From contig NC_052157.1 of the NCBI RefSeq assembly GCF_902713615.1, forward strand, positions 2,294,001 to 2,358,000: 64,000 nt of DNA. Reading direction: 5' to 3'. The notes beneath the pieces were generated by a model that worked only from the letters and a program-made list of their open reading frames with translations, was not told the origin of the DNA and searched no databases. The translations under genes and the position numbers were made by a program. The DNA comes from Scyliorhinus canicula (lineage: Eukaryota). Positions within the stretch are counted from its first letter, which is position 1. The number at the start of each line of letters is the position of its first letter. This document shows positions 1 through 10,559 of the stretch, in pieces.

Positions 1-66
1 CTGCATTCGCCTCCCCATCAGTTGGAGGAGCCGCAATGGCCACGCCAACTGCTCCTTCCGACACAT
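1..66 (-). CDS. C15orf40: C15orf40 (UPF0235/YggU-like) coding exon 3, truncated by the window edge
   Basis: Acceptor cctgtag| at 67. With the phase-1 G from the previous exon it reads DVSEGAVGVAIAAPPTDGEANA, matching the recalled human DLTAEAVNVAIAAPPSEGEANAE. Confidence 0.9.
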   Translation of the reverse strand, partial: MCRKEQLAWPLRLLQLMGRRMQ

Positions 67-499
67 CTACAGGACACAAGGATAAGAATAACCATCACTG
101 GTATTCACCCAGTGATTTACAGGAGGCAAAGGGTCAGAGAAACACTGCAAGGTTCTGAAAAAGTTACAAAGTAACTCAAACAAGCTCCAAAGATCAAATA
201 AGCCCAACATTGTGTTACGCTATATAAAATATAAAGTGCACAGGCTATCAGCTACTCCAGCAGGTTCTTGTTTCATGTGATCCAAACTGAGTGGGTTCGC
301 TTTGCATTAGAAGTGATTAGTGTGCGGTAAAATCAGTTCTCAGTTACCCAGCTGTTTGACAATATAAAGTGGGAAAGCATTGAGGGGAATTCCTCTGACA
401 CACCGTGCCTACGACAGTAAAGGCCAGTGTTACTGGCTTTTTACCGTAGCTGTGATGCAGATGTATAATGGGAATATTGATTCATTCTACGTTGCTTAC

Positions 500-629
500 C
501 CGTTACAGCATTCTGTTTAGCTCCAGGTTTGGCGTGAATGACAACCAAAACAGAACCATCCTTATCAAATTTCACTGGTCCCCGAGTTGCCTGTGGCAGT
601 TTTACAGATTTCTTCACCTTCTTCTTACT
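500..629 (-). CDS. C15orf40: C15orf40 coding exon 2
   Basis: tttcag| acceptor and |gtaagc donor. Encodes SKKKVKKSVKLPQATRGPVKFDKDGSVLVVIHAKPGAKQNAVT, containing the UPF0235 motif IHAKPGxKQNAVT. Confidence 0.92.
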
Positions 630-1181
630 CTGAAACAGAATTGAGACAACTGTCACAAAGTGTGATTCCATCTGGTGGTGGAGTCAGTTATGACACTGTC
701 TTTTTAATGTGGGACGAGTGGGTTAAAAGCCTGCTCTGAATTACAGGTATACAGGTTCAAACTGAAATCAGATATCTTATATTTTGAAACAGTGACAGCT
801 GTAAGTGGACAAACAATGCTACAGTAAAATATGGGCGGGTTTGCCACCTCATGCCAAAGTCTTGGATGGCGCATAGCACAAGAAAAAACAGGTCTAAAAT
901 TCCATTGTACAAATGATTTTAACTATTGTGCCTTCAATATCTAGTTGGTGTAGATGTGCTTGCCTTTCAATTCTCTCTCTCTCTGTGTTCGAGATTTCCT
1001 GACATCAGTCCATTGCCAATTTCTGGTTTAGATACTGCACAAGTAACTTGGGTTGCTCCCAGTGAAAGCTACATGTGTGACAGGTGATCTGAGTAGCATG
1101 ATTCCATGTTTTCTGAAGCAACACTCCCAGAGTGCGAGCATCATCACTTTTCAACACAAACTTAAAGATACAATATTATTT

Positions 1182-1408
1182 TATATAAATTTAGTATCCC
1201 CAATTAATTTTTTTTTCCCAATTAAGGGGCAATTTAGCATGTTCAATCCACCTACCTTGCACATCTTTAGGTTGTGGGGGCAAAACCCATGCAAACACGG
1301 GAAGAATGTGCAAACTCCACACGGACGGTGACCCAGAGCCGGGATCGAACCTGGGACCTCGGCGCCGTGAGGCAGCAGGACTAACCCACTGCGCCACTGT
1401 GCTGCCCC
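1182..1408 (-). mobile_element. tRNA-derived V-SINE (HE1-like), short A-rich tail subtype; other copies at about 3602-3820(+), 14111-14320(+), 14468-14690(+), 25501-25710(+), 30025-30230(+), 30836-31051(-), 35500-35720(+), 36370-36560(-)
   Basis: Pol III A/B boxes (tggcgcagtgg, ggttcgatcc), V-domain gtggagtttgcacattctcccc and tail ttaattggaaaaa...gggtactctaaattt recur across the window. Confidence 0.8.
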
Positions 1409-1598
1409 AAGAGACAATATTAACATACAACATGAGGATGCTGATATAAAGCACCCCAGGAAGTAACTAAAGGTCAATTCATTTTCTGTATATGGGATAC
1501 TCACTGCTGTTTCAGGAGTCATATTCTAGAATGTTATTTATAATTATGCTGATAGCCTTCTGGAGTAAGCCAAATTGCTTTACTATCAAAAATCAAAC

Positions 1599-1781
1599 AG
1601 GGGCTGGTTTAGCACACGGCTAAATCGCTGGCTTTGAAAGCAGACCAGGGCAGGCCAACAGCACGGTTCAATTCCCATACCAGCCTTCCTGAACAGGCGC
1701 CGGAATGTGGCGACTAGGGACTTTTCACAGTAACTTCATTTGAAGCCTAATTGTGACAATAAGCGATTTTCATTTCATTTC
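1599..1781 (+). mobile_element. Short tRNA-derived SINE with ggggctggtttagc head; other copies at 2308-2466(+), 15167-15342(+), 41590-41765(-), 50428-50617(-), 50764-50940(-), 54287-54455(-)
   Basis: Repeated ~180-bp unit with B-box ggttcaattcc and tail ggcgactaggggcttttcacagtaacttcattgaagcctacttgtgacaataag followed by (catt/att)n. Confidence 0.8.
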
Positions 1782-2687
1782 AAATCAATCTCCCGCAGCA
1801 AACAACTGAAAATCAAAACTAAGTGAAGGTAAAGGAGAGTTAGAGTTAAGGATAATTGCACCAATGCACATATGAAATTGCATTGCTCCTTTAACAGGAT
1901 AAAATATCCTCAGACATTTCACAGGAGCAATTATCAAACAAAGTTGACATTAAGCCACATCAGATATTAGGATGAGAAACCATAATCTTGTTAAAGAGGT
2001 AGATTTTAAGGAGTATCTTAGAGGCGGAGGTAGAAAGGCAGAGAGGTTTAGGGAGGGAATTCAGGGCTAATGGCATGGCTGCCAATGGTGCAGCGAAAGG
2101 AAACTGGGGCTGGCAGAATTGGAGGTTCCAGAGATGGAAAGGGAGGAGCTGAAGGGAATCTGAATACCAGGATGAGAATTTATAATTTGAGACATTTTTG
2201 GTGTGGGAGCCAATGCAGATCAGTGAACACAGGGGTGAAGGGTGGGGATTTGGTAAAACACTTTAATTTAGATTCGGATCTCAAAGCATTCTGTCACTAA
2301 TGCTATTTTAGCACAGTGGGCTAAACAGCTGGCTTATAATGCAGGACAAGGCCAGCACCGCGGGTTCAATTCCCGTACCAGCCTCTCCAAACAGGCGCCG
2401 GAATATGGCGACGAGCTTTTCACAGTAACTTCACTGAAGCCTACTTGTGACAATAAGTGGTTATTAATTTGTCCATAACTCTCTATGTAAACAGTCACAC
2501 CGCAGCGACACCTCTGGTGAAAGGGTGTAATGACAGTGTGACATGTTTACATAAGGATTCCCATTAGAAATGCGGGCAATGGGTGACCTGCAACATCAGA
2601 TGGTTAATAGTCTAAAGATGGACAGCTTTACAAACCTCTGTCCATCTAAATGTGGAAAGGACCCGCCCGGATCCCCCCGCCAGTTAC

Positions 2688-2852
2688 CATCTGTGTGTAG
2701 TTCCTCTCCCCGGGTCCCTCTGCCTGCGCTCCCGCGCGGATCGCCCTCAGCAGCGGCCAGGCGGCAGGAAAGAGCCGCTGAAGGCCTGGGTCTGCGCTGA
2801 CGGCGGGAGCCGATAGTGAGAGCGGCAAGCCCAGCAGCCGAGTCCTTCTCAT
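2688..2852 (-). CDS. C15orf40: C15orf40 probable coding exon 1 (start codon uncertain)
   Basis: Lies in a CpG island. Reads MRRTRLLGLPLSLS...NYTQM then ATG|gtaact donor, phase 0, compatible with exon 2. In-frame ATGs at 2969, 2852 and 2690. Confidence 0.6.
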
Positions 2853-2985
2853 ACAGAGCAGCCCTGGCGGGCAGAGAGCCGCACCCAGAGCCCCAAGCCA
2901 ACAGGCGGCGCGGTCGCTCGGCAACAGGACTAGGCCGCGCCTCCCAGCCGGCACCGCGCCGCCGCGCATGCGCCCTCCCTAGCTG
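2700..2985 (-). promoter_or_regulatory. CpG-island promoter of C15orf40 with NRF1 motif
   Basis: CpG-dense block; GCGCATGCGC palindrome (NRF1 consensus) at 2964-2973. Confidence 0.6.
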
Positions 2986-3046
2986 TCAATCTGCTGGAGT
3001 TTGGAAACAGTCAGAGGTCTGACACCAGGTTCAAGTGCAACAGGTT

Positions 3047-3297
3047 TGTTTGCAATCACTAACTTTCACTAGTTTGCAATCCCTGGCTTTCACTAGTTTG
3101 CAATCACCAACTTTCACTAGTTTGCAATCCCTGGCTTTCACTAGTTTGCAATCACTAACTTTCACTAGTTTGCAATCACTGGCTTTCACTAGTTTGCAAT
3201 CATTAACTTTCACTAGTTTGCAATCACTGGCTTTCACTAATTTGCAATCACTAACTTTCACTAGTTTGTAATAACTAGCTTTCACTAGTTTGCAATC
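3047..3297. repeat. 24-bp minisatellite (CTTTCACTAGTTTGCAATCACTRR), about 10 copies with alternating variants
   Basis: Seen directly; translates as repeated DCKLVKV/AS. Confidence 0.95.
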
Positions 3298-3304
3298 TCT
3301 AACG

Positions 3305-3387
3305 ATTCCAAACAAACCTGTTGGACTGTAACCTGGTGTAAGACTTCTTACTGTGCTCACCCCAGTCCAACACCGGCATCTCCACAT
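3305..3387 (+). mobile_element. Penelope-like element terminal (pLTR) fragment
   Basis: aaacaaacctgttggact...ggcatctccaca is nearly identical to the end of the Penelope element at 50302-50381. Confidence 0.75.
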
Positions 3388-4094
3388 CCGAGTGTGGAAA
3401 CAAACATTGAACTTCATACATTTGATATGTTTAATGTTCCCACTCATCCTAATTAACCCACCAGTATAAAGGTCTTAATTCCCCTTCTGCTCCCATTGTT
3501 CCTGCTTCTGTTAATGCTCCAACATTTACCTCTCCAACCTCTGATGCTGCCCCCCCCCGAATATTGTCAGCATTTTGTTTTCATATTAAAACCTAATGTC
3601 AGGGGCAGCACGATGGCGCAGTGGTTAACACTGCAGCCTCACGGCACCAAGGTCCCAGGTTCGATCCCGGCTCTGGGTCACTGACTCTGTGGAGTTTGCA
3701 CATTCTCCCCGTCTTTGCGTGGGTTTCGCCCCCACATCTCAAAAGATGTGCAGGGTAGGTGGATTGGCCACACTAAATTGCCCCTTAATTGGAAAAAATG
3801 AATTGGGTACTCTAAATTTATAACCCTTTAGACCCTTGGAAAGAGCACCCCACTTAAGCCCACACCTCAACCCCTTACCCGTAGACCAGTAACCCCGCCC
3901 AACCCTTTTGGACACTAAGGGAAATTTAGCATGGCCAATCCACCTAACCTGCACGTCTTTGGACTGTGGGAGGAAACCGGAGCTCCCGGAGGAAACCCAC
4001 GCACACACGAGGATTACGTGCAGACTCCACACAGTGACCAAAGCCAGGAATCGGACCTGGAACCCTGGAGCTGTGAGGCAACAGTGCTAAGCAC

Positions 4095-4788
4095 AGAGCC
4101 AGGGAAGTGGGATGGGAGGTTTCAGAAATGGGAGGAGGGGAGTCAGGGTGTTCAAAGACCTTTTCCTGGGAGGTCCTTTTGTGAGACTTGAGGAGTTGGG
4201 GGAGAAATATGGACTGGGACAAGTATTTAGGTACCTACAGCTCCGAAGGTGGTTCAGAGCTTCCCGATGGCTCCGGCCTCCGCGTTGTTGGAAGAGATAT
4301 TGACGGCAAGGGGAATGGAGAAGGGAGTGGTGTCGAAGATCTATGGGAAGATTCTGGGGAAGGACAAGGTATCCTTAGAGGGGATTAAAGCTAAGTGGGA
4401 GGAAGATTTGGGCGAGGCTATGGAGGACGGTCTGTGGTGTGAGATGCTCTGGAGGGTGAACGCCTCAACCTCGTGTGTGAGGTTGGGGCTGATACAGCTA
4501 ATGGTGGTATATAGGCCGCACCTCACGAGGGCCAAGTGAGCAGACTCTTTGAGGGGGTGGAGGATGTATGTGAGCGCTGTGGGTGGAGCCCTGCAAACTA
4601 TGTTCATATGTTCTGGTCCTGCCCGAAGCTGGAGGGGTATTGGAGGGAGGTTTTTAAGGTAATTTCAGGGGTGGTACATGTGACTTTGGAACCAGGGCCC
4701 CTAGAAGCCATTTTCGGGGTGCCGGACCGGCTCGGGCTGCAGGCGGGTGTGGGGGCCGATGTTTTAGCCTTCGCCTCGCTGATTGCGC
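4095..4788 (+). mobile_element. L1/Tx1-clade LINE ORF2 C-terminal fragment (decayed)
   Basis: KAKWEEDLG...CERCGWSPANYVHMFWSCPKL zinc-knuckle region, with stops and frameshifts. Confidence 0.8.
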
Positions 4789-5140
4789 GGAAGTATAGGC
4801 GCTGTTGTGCTTTCATGGTCGTAGCGTCAATGCGAGTTGTCCAGGACAGATTGTTAGTGATGTGCACACTGAGGAATTTGAAGCTGCCAACCATCTCCAC
4901 TCTTGGCCCCATTGACGCAGACAGGGGTGTGTACGATACTTTGCTTCCTGAAGTCATTGACCAGCTCCTTAGTTTTGCCGGCATTGAGGGAGAGGTTGTT
5001 GGCGTTACACCACTCCAATCTCCCTCCTGTATTCTGACTCATCGTTGTTCGAAATCCATCCCACTACGGTTGTGTCGTCAGCAAACTTGTAGATGGAGCT
5101 GGAGCCAAATTTTGCCACGCAGTCGTGTGTGTACAGGTAT
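4789..5140 (-). mobile_element. Rex-Babar-like LINE RT fragment
   Basis: WCNANNLSLNAGKTKELVNDFRK...SFKFLSVHITNNLSW...KAQQRLYF motifs. Confidence 0.7.
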
Positions 5141-5149
5141 TATAGTAGG

Positions 5150-5410
5150 GGATCCCAGGTTCAATTCCAGCTTGGGTCACTGTCTGTGTGGAGTCTGCAC
5201 GTTCTCCCCGTGACTGCGTGGGTTTCCTCCGGGTGCTCCGGTTTCTTGCCACAAGTCCCAAAAGGCCTGCTTGTGAGGTGAATTGGACATTCTGAATTCT
5301 CCCTCAGTGTACCCAAACAGGCACCGGAGTGTGGCGACTAGGGGCTTTTCACAGTAACTTCATTGCAGTGTTAATGTAAGCCTTCTTGTGACAATAATAA
5401 AGATTTGATT
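5150..5410 (+). mobile_element. V-SINE with Rex-like tail; other copies at 20120-20410(-), 28633-28987(+), 31816-32110(+), 46510-46780(-), 48290-48590(-), 50941-51169(-)
   Basis: V-SINE head and core followed by gaattggacattctgaattctccctc...cttttcacagtaacttcattgcagtgttaatgtaagcc...gtgacaataa. Confidence 0.75.
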
Positions 5411-5609
5411 TTATTTGAATGAGGGAGAATTCAGAATGTCCAGTTCACCTAACAGCACATCTTTCGTCTTTTTCCTGAATTAGGATGGTGTGGATTTTAT
5501 GAGGTTGGTGTTAGGGAAGATTCCTGTCTTGGACTCGCATCGGCTGTGCATTGGGGGGGGGAGGGGGGGTTTAATACGGCCATGAATCCGAGCTTGGACT
5601 GGTCGAGTC

Positions 5610-6112
5610 CTAAGTTGGATTTGTTTATTGTCACTTGTACCGAGGTACAGTGAAAAGTATTTTTCTGCGAGCAGCTCAATAGATCATTAAGTACATGGGA
5701 AGAAAAGGGAATAAAATAAAATACATAATAGGGCAACACAAGGTACACAATGTAACTACATAAGCACCGGCATTAGATGAAGCATACAGGGTGTAGTATT
5801 AATGAGGTCAGTCCATAAGAGGGTCATTTAAGAGTCTGGTGACAGTGGGGAAGAAGCTGTTTTTGAGTCTGTTTGTGCGTGTTCTCAGACTTCTGTATCT
5901 CCTGCCCGATGGAAGAAGTTGGAAGAGTGAGTAAGCCGGGTGGGAGGGGTCTTTGATTATGCTGCCCGCTTTCCCCGGCAGTGTGAGGTGTAGATAGGGT
6001 CAATGGATGGGAGGCAGGTTTGTGTGATGGACTGGGCGGTGTTCACGACTCTCTGAAGTTCCTTGCGGTCCTGGGCTGAGCAGTTGCCATACCAGGCTGT
6101 GATGCAGCCCGA
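5610..6112 (-). mobile_element. Rex-Babar-like LINE 3' end
   Basis: Reverse complement of the LPSGRR...RTNRLKNSF C-terminus plus the 3' tail tacttttcactgtacctcggtacaagtgacaataaacaaatc; same family as 29790-31155. Confidence 0.7.
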
Positions 6113-6119
6113 TAGAAGG

Positions 6120-8024
6120 CGTCGAGGGTGTCAGCAAATGAGCTGAGGGGCTTGATGGAATACATGGCGGGGTGGGGGGGGGGGGGGGGGGCTGGCAGCA
6201 TGGACCCATGGAGGTTTGGGAGGCCAAAGGAACTGGGTGTACTATCGGATTGATTTTTCTGAGCTAGACAAGATGCCGTTGGCGGAAATGGCCGACTTGC
6301 ATTATTCGGCGATTGTAGTTTTCCTGGAGGGGGGGGGGGGGGGACCTGGCGCTGCCAGATATGATTAATTACTGCTGGGCCGTGAACATGGCTGTGGGCC
6401 ACGGGAGAGCGGTCGGTGTGGGGGAGGATGGAGGCGGCATCGTGTAGGGGAACATGTTTAAGGGCTTTGTTGTTGGCACCTCTACCGTTCTCGCCGGCCA
6501 GGTACTCCGTGAGCCCAGTGGTGGTGTCGGCCCTAAGGGTGCGGGGGCAGTGGAGGCAGCATTTGGGGCTGGAGGGTGCCACGGTGTGGGCGATAACCAC
6601 AGGTCTGCACCAGCGAAGCTGAACGGCAGCAGGCAGGGATTGAGCTTTGACAAAGGGTCTTCTGGACTTGAAACGTCAGCTCTTTCCTCTCCCTACAGAT
6701 GCTGCCAGACCTGCTGAGAGTTTCCAGCATTTCCTCTTTGGTTACAGATTCCTGCATCCGCAGTAATTTGCTTTTATTAATAATAGTCTCAGATTATCAG
6801 AGGAATTCGGCCGGTTCTCGGGATACAAATTGAATATGAGTAAGAGTGAGGTTTTTGTGATCCAGGCGAGGGGCAGAAGAGGAGATTGGGTAAGATGCTG
6901 TTCAAGGTGGTGGGAGGGTGCTTGCGATATTTGGGTATCCAGGTGCTGCGGGAGTGGGAGCAGCTGCATAATTTGGGTCGGTTGGTAGAACAGATGAGGG
7001 GGGATTTTCGGAGGTGGGATGTGCTCCCGTTGGCGGGCCGGGTACAGACAGTGAAAATGACGGTCCTCCCAAAGTTTTTGTTGGTTTTTCAGAGCCTTCC
7101 AGTTTTTAATCCCAAAGGTGTTCTTCAAAAAGTTGAATGCAGAGATCTCGGGATTTGTTTGGACGGGAAAACCCAGCGGGGGGAGAAGGTGCTGCTGGAG
7201 CTGGGATGGGGGTGGGGGGGGGTCTGGCTCTCCCGAATTTCATTAATTACTACTGGGCGGCAACTATTGCGATGGTCAGGAAGTGGGTAGTGGACGAGGG
7301 GTCGGTATGGGAACGGGTGGAGGCGGCATCATGTAAGGACACGTGTTTTGGGGCACTGTTAACGGCACCTCTGCCGTTCTCTCCGGCTCGGTACTCGACA
7401 AGCTCGGTAGTGGTGGCAGCCCTGTGGGTGTGGGGGCAGTGGAGGCAGCACGTGGGGTTAGAGGGGGGGGTCGGTGTGGGCACCGACATGTGACAACCAT
7501 TGGTTCGCTCCGGGGGAGCTGGAGGAGTTTGTGTTGCCGGGGGAATGGGTTCCGGTATCTGCAGGTGAGGGATTTTGTGCACCTGCTGCCCCAGGGAGCG
7601 CAGGATAAGGCGGTGTCGAGAACAGGAGTGGGAGGGGAAAGTCTTCGAGATCTACAAGGCGCTGATGGGGTGGCAGGGAGCCCCGATAGGGGAGGTGAAG
7701 AGAGAGTGGGAAGAAGAGTTGGGTGGGGAGTTGGAGGCCGGACTATGGGAGGAGTCCCTGAGGAGAGTTAATGCATCCTCGCCCTGCTCAGCCTGATACA
7801 GTTTAAGGTGTCCCACAGGGCACACATGGCGTTGATCTGGATGAGCAGGTTCTTTGAGGGGGTGGAGGATAGGTGTGGGGGGTCCTGCCAACCATGTTCA
7901 TATGTTTTGGGTGTGTCCGAGGTGGAGGGGTTTCTGGCTGGGGTTTGCTGACATCATGTCAGAGGTTTTACAAGTGAGGATGGTGCCGATTCCAGAGGTG
8001 GCGATCTTTGGTGGGTCAGAAAAC

Positions 8025-8059
<35 letters not shown>

Positions 8060-8115
8060 AGAGGCCAATGTCCTGGCCTATGCCTCCCTGATGGCCCGGA
8101 GACGGATCTCACTAG
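6120..8115 (+). mobile_element. Decayed L1/Tx1-clade ORF2 fragments, interrupted by a Penelope-derived insert
   Basis: FSGYKLN, RYLGIQV, PLAGRVQTVKMTVLPKFL, LALPNFINYYWAA and GPANHVHMFWVCP motifs. Confidence 0.8.
6642..6779 (+). mobile_element. Short Penelope-type non-autonomous element with a hammerhead-like motif
   Basis: GAGCT-TTGACAA-AGGGTC..GACTT-GAAA-CGTC-AGCTC followed by cagatgctgccagacctgctgag...gcttttatt; same family as 63574-63760. Confidence 0.6.
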
Positions 8116-8339
8116 GGCAGTGTTCTTCAAACAGAAAACAGAAGCATGTCTGAAGGGGCGGGGGTCGCAGCTCCCCGGGGCGGGGGGGGGGGGGTCGCAG
8201 CTCCCCCGGGGCGGGGGTCGCAGCCGGTCTTGGGGGGAGGGGGGGGGGGGCGGGGAGCAGTACCCCGATGGCTTGCTCCACCCGGTGCAATTTCACACCC
8301 CAGAGGCGTTAGTTTTCACGATGCCGGAGGCTGCGGCAG

Positions 8340-9412
8340 CTCCCTGACCCTGGGTGGTGGCGTGGAGGACCCCCCCCCTCCCTGACCCTGGGTGGTGGTG
8401 TGGAGGGCCCCCCCCCTCCCTGACCCTGGGTGGTGGCGTGGAGGACCCCCCCCCCTCCCTGATCCTGGGTGCTGGCGTGGAGGGCCCCCCCCCTCCCTGA
8501 CCCTGGGTGGTGGCGTGGAGGACCCCCCTCCCTGACCCTGGGTGATGGCGTGGAGGACCCCCCCCTCCCTGACCCTGGGTGGTGGTGTGGAGGATCACCC
8601 CCCCTCCCTGACCCTGGGTGGTGGCGTGGAGGACCCCCCCCCTCCCTGACCCTGGGTGGTGGTGTGGAGGACCCCCCCCTCCCTGACCCTGGGTGGTGGT
8701 GTGGAGGACCCCCCCCCCCCCCTCCCTGACCCTGGGTGGTGGTGTGGAGGACCCCCCCCCCTCCCTGACCCTGGGTGGTGGTGTGGAGGACCCCCCCCCC
8801 CTCCCTGACCAGGCCTGGGTGGTGGTGTGGAGGACCCCCCCTCCCTCCCTGACCGGGCCTGGGTGGTGGTGTGGAGGACCCCCCCTCCCTGACCCTGGGT
8901 GGTGGTGTGGAGGACCCACCCCCCCCTCCCTGACCCTGGGTGGTGGTGTGGAGGACCCCCCCCCTCCCTGACCAGGCCTGGGTGGTGGTGTGGAGGACCC
9001 CCCCTCCCTCCCTGACCGGGCCTGGGTGGTGGTGTGGAGGACCCCCCCTCCCTGACCCTGGGTGGTGGTGTGGAGGAACCCCCCCCTCCCTGACCCTGGG
9101 TGGTGGTGTGGAGGACCCCCCCCCTCCCTGACCCTGGGTGGTGGTGTGGAGGACCCCCTGACCCTGGGTGGTGGTGTGGAGGACCCCCCCCCTGACCCTG
9201 GGTGGTGGTGTGGAGGACCCCCCCCCCCCTCCCTGACCCTGGGTGGTGGCGTGGAGGACCCCCCTCCCTGACCCTGGGTGGTGGTGTGGAGGACCCCCCC
9301 CCCTCCCTGACCCTGGGTGGTGGCGTGGAGGACCCCCCTCCCTGACCCTGGATGGTGGTGTGGAGGACCCCCCCCCTCCCTGACCAAGGGTGGTGGCGTG
9401 GAGGACCCCCCC
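8340..9412. repeat. GC-rich ~36-bp minisatellite (CCCTCCCTGACCCTGGGTGGTGGTGTGGAGGACCCC)
   Basis: Seen directly; copies differ mainly in C-run length. Confidence 0.95.
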
Positions 9413-9719
9413 AGCCCCCCTCTCTGCCCCAGCCTCCGATGCCAGGCACTTCCATCTCCATCCTTTTTTTAAAAATGTTTTTTATTGGGTTTTGTACAAG
9501 TTTATAAATACAGGTATATACATCGCAAACCAAAACACATCAGCTCTGGGAAATATAACCCGGCGGGGGGGGGGGCTCTTTCCTCCCTCTTTTGTTCTCT
9601 CCTTTTTGCAGATCTAACTGGGATGGAGGGGGCACCTGGAGTGGAGGGGGCACCTGTCCTCCTCCCCCCCCCACTTTTTGTTCTCTCATCTCTTACCCCT
9701 TTTGACTCCCCGTTTTTGT

Positions 9720-10035
9720 TCCCTCACCTCCCTCCTGCCCCCCACCTCCCTCCTCCCCCCCCACCTCCCTCCTCCCCCCCCACCTCCCTCCTCCCCCCCA
9801 CCTCCCTCCCTCCTTCCTCCCTCCCCCCTCCCTCCTCCCCCCCCCACCTCCCTCCCTCCTGCCCCCCCACCTCCCTCCCTCCTGCCCCCCCCACCTCCCT
9901 CCCTCCTGCCCCCCCCCACCTCCCTCCCTCCTGCCCCCCCCACCTCCCTCCCTCCTGCCCCCCACCTCCCTCCCTGCTGCCCCCCCACCTCCCTCCCTGC
10001 TGCCCCCCCACCTCCCTCCCTCCTGCCCCCACCTC
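9720..10035. repeat. C-rich low-complexity tandem repeat (CACCTCCCTCCCTCCTGCCCCCC)
   Basis: Seen directly. Confidence 0.9.
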
Positions 10036-10084
10036 CTTTCTTGCTGGGTTTTTCTACCTCACCTTACTCCCCAGCCGGACTCTA

Positions 10085-10380
10085 CGGCGGGCGATCAGGG
10101 AGGCAAAGGCAAGGACGTCCGCCCTCCTCCTCCTCATGAAGAGATCTGGCTGATCTGAAACCCCCGAAGACCGCCACTCTCGGGCACGGCTCCACCCTCA
10201 TCCCCACCACTTTGGACATTGCCTCGAAGAAGGCTGTCCAGTACCCCGGAAGTATGGGGCAAGACCAGAACATGTGGGAGTGGTTGGCCGGGCCTCCTTG
10301 GCACCGTTCACACCTATCCCCCACCTCCTGGAAGAACCTACTCATTCGGGTTCTGGTCAAGTGGGCTTTGTGTACCACTT
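10085..10380 (-). mobile_element. L1/Tx1 ORF2 zinc-knuckle fragment
   Basis: RCERCQGGPANHSHMFWSCP. Confidence 0.8.
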
Positions 10381-10559
10381 CCATCCTGAAGCTTTTCCCG
10401 GATCTTGCCAGTGACCTGCCGTCAAAGAGTGGGGGGGGGGGGGGGGGGGTGTGTGTGTGTGGAGGTGTGCCTGGGTCGTGCCGCCCGCCACACTCACTCA
10501 ATGTGGCGGTGGACTCAGTCCCGGAGAAGGACGGCTGCTCAGTGGGGGCCATGGGGGAT

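Noticed and set aside
3602-3680. tRNA genes at SINE heads
   Set aside because: A/B boxes are present, but the sequences run into SINE bodies and do not form full cloverleaves.
8293-9533. Long repetitive ORFs over the ~36-bp minisatellite (similar ORFs at 26451-26961 and 62714-63346)
   Set aside because: Open in several frames on both strands because the repeat units lack stops; no splice or homology support.
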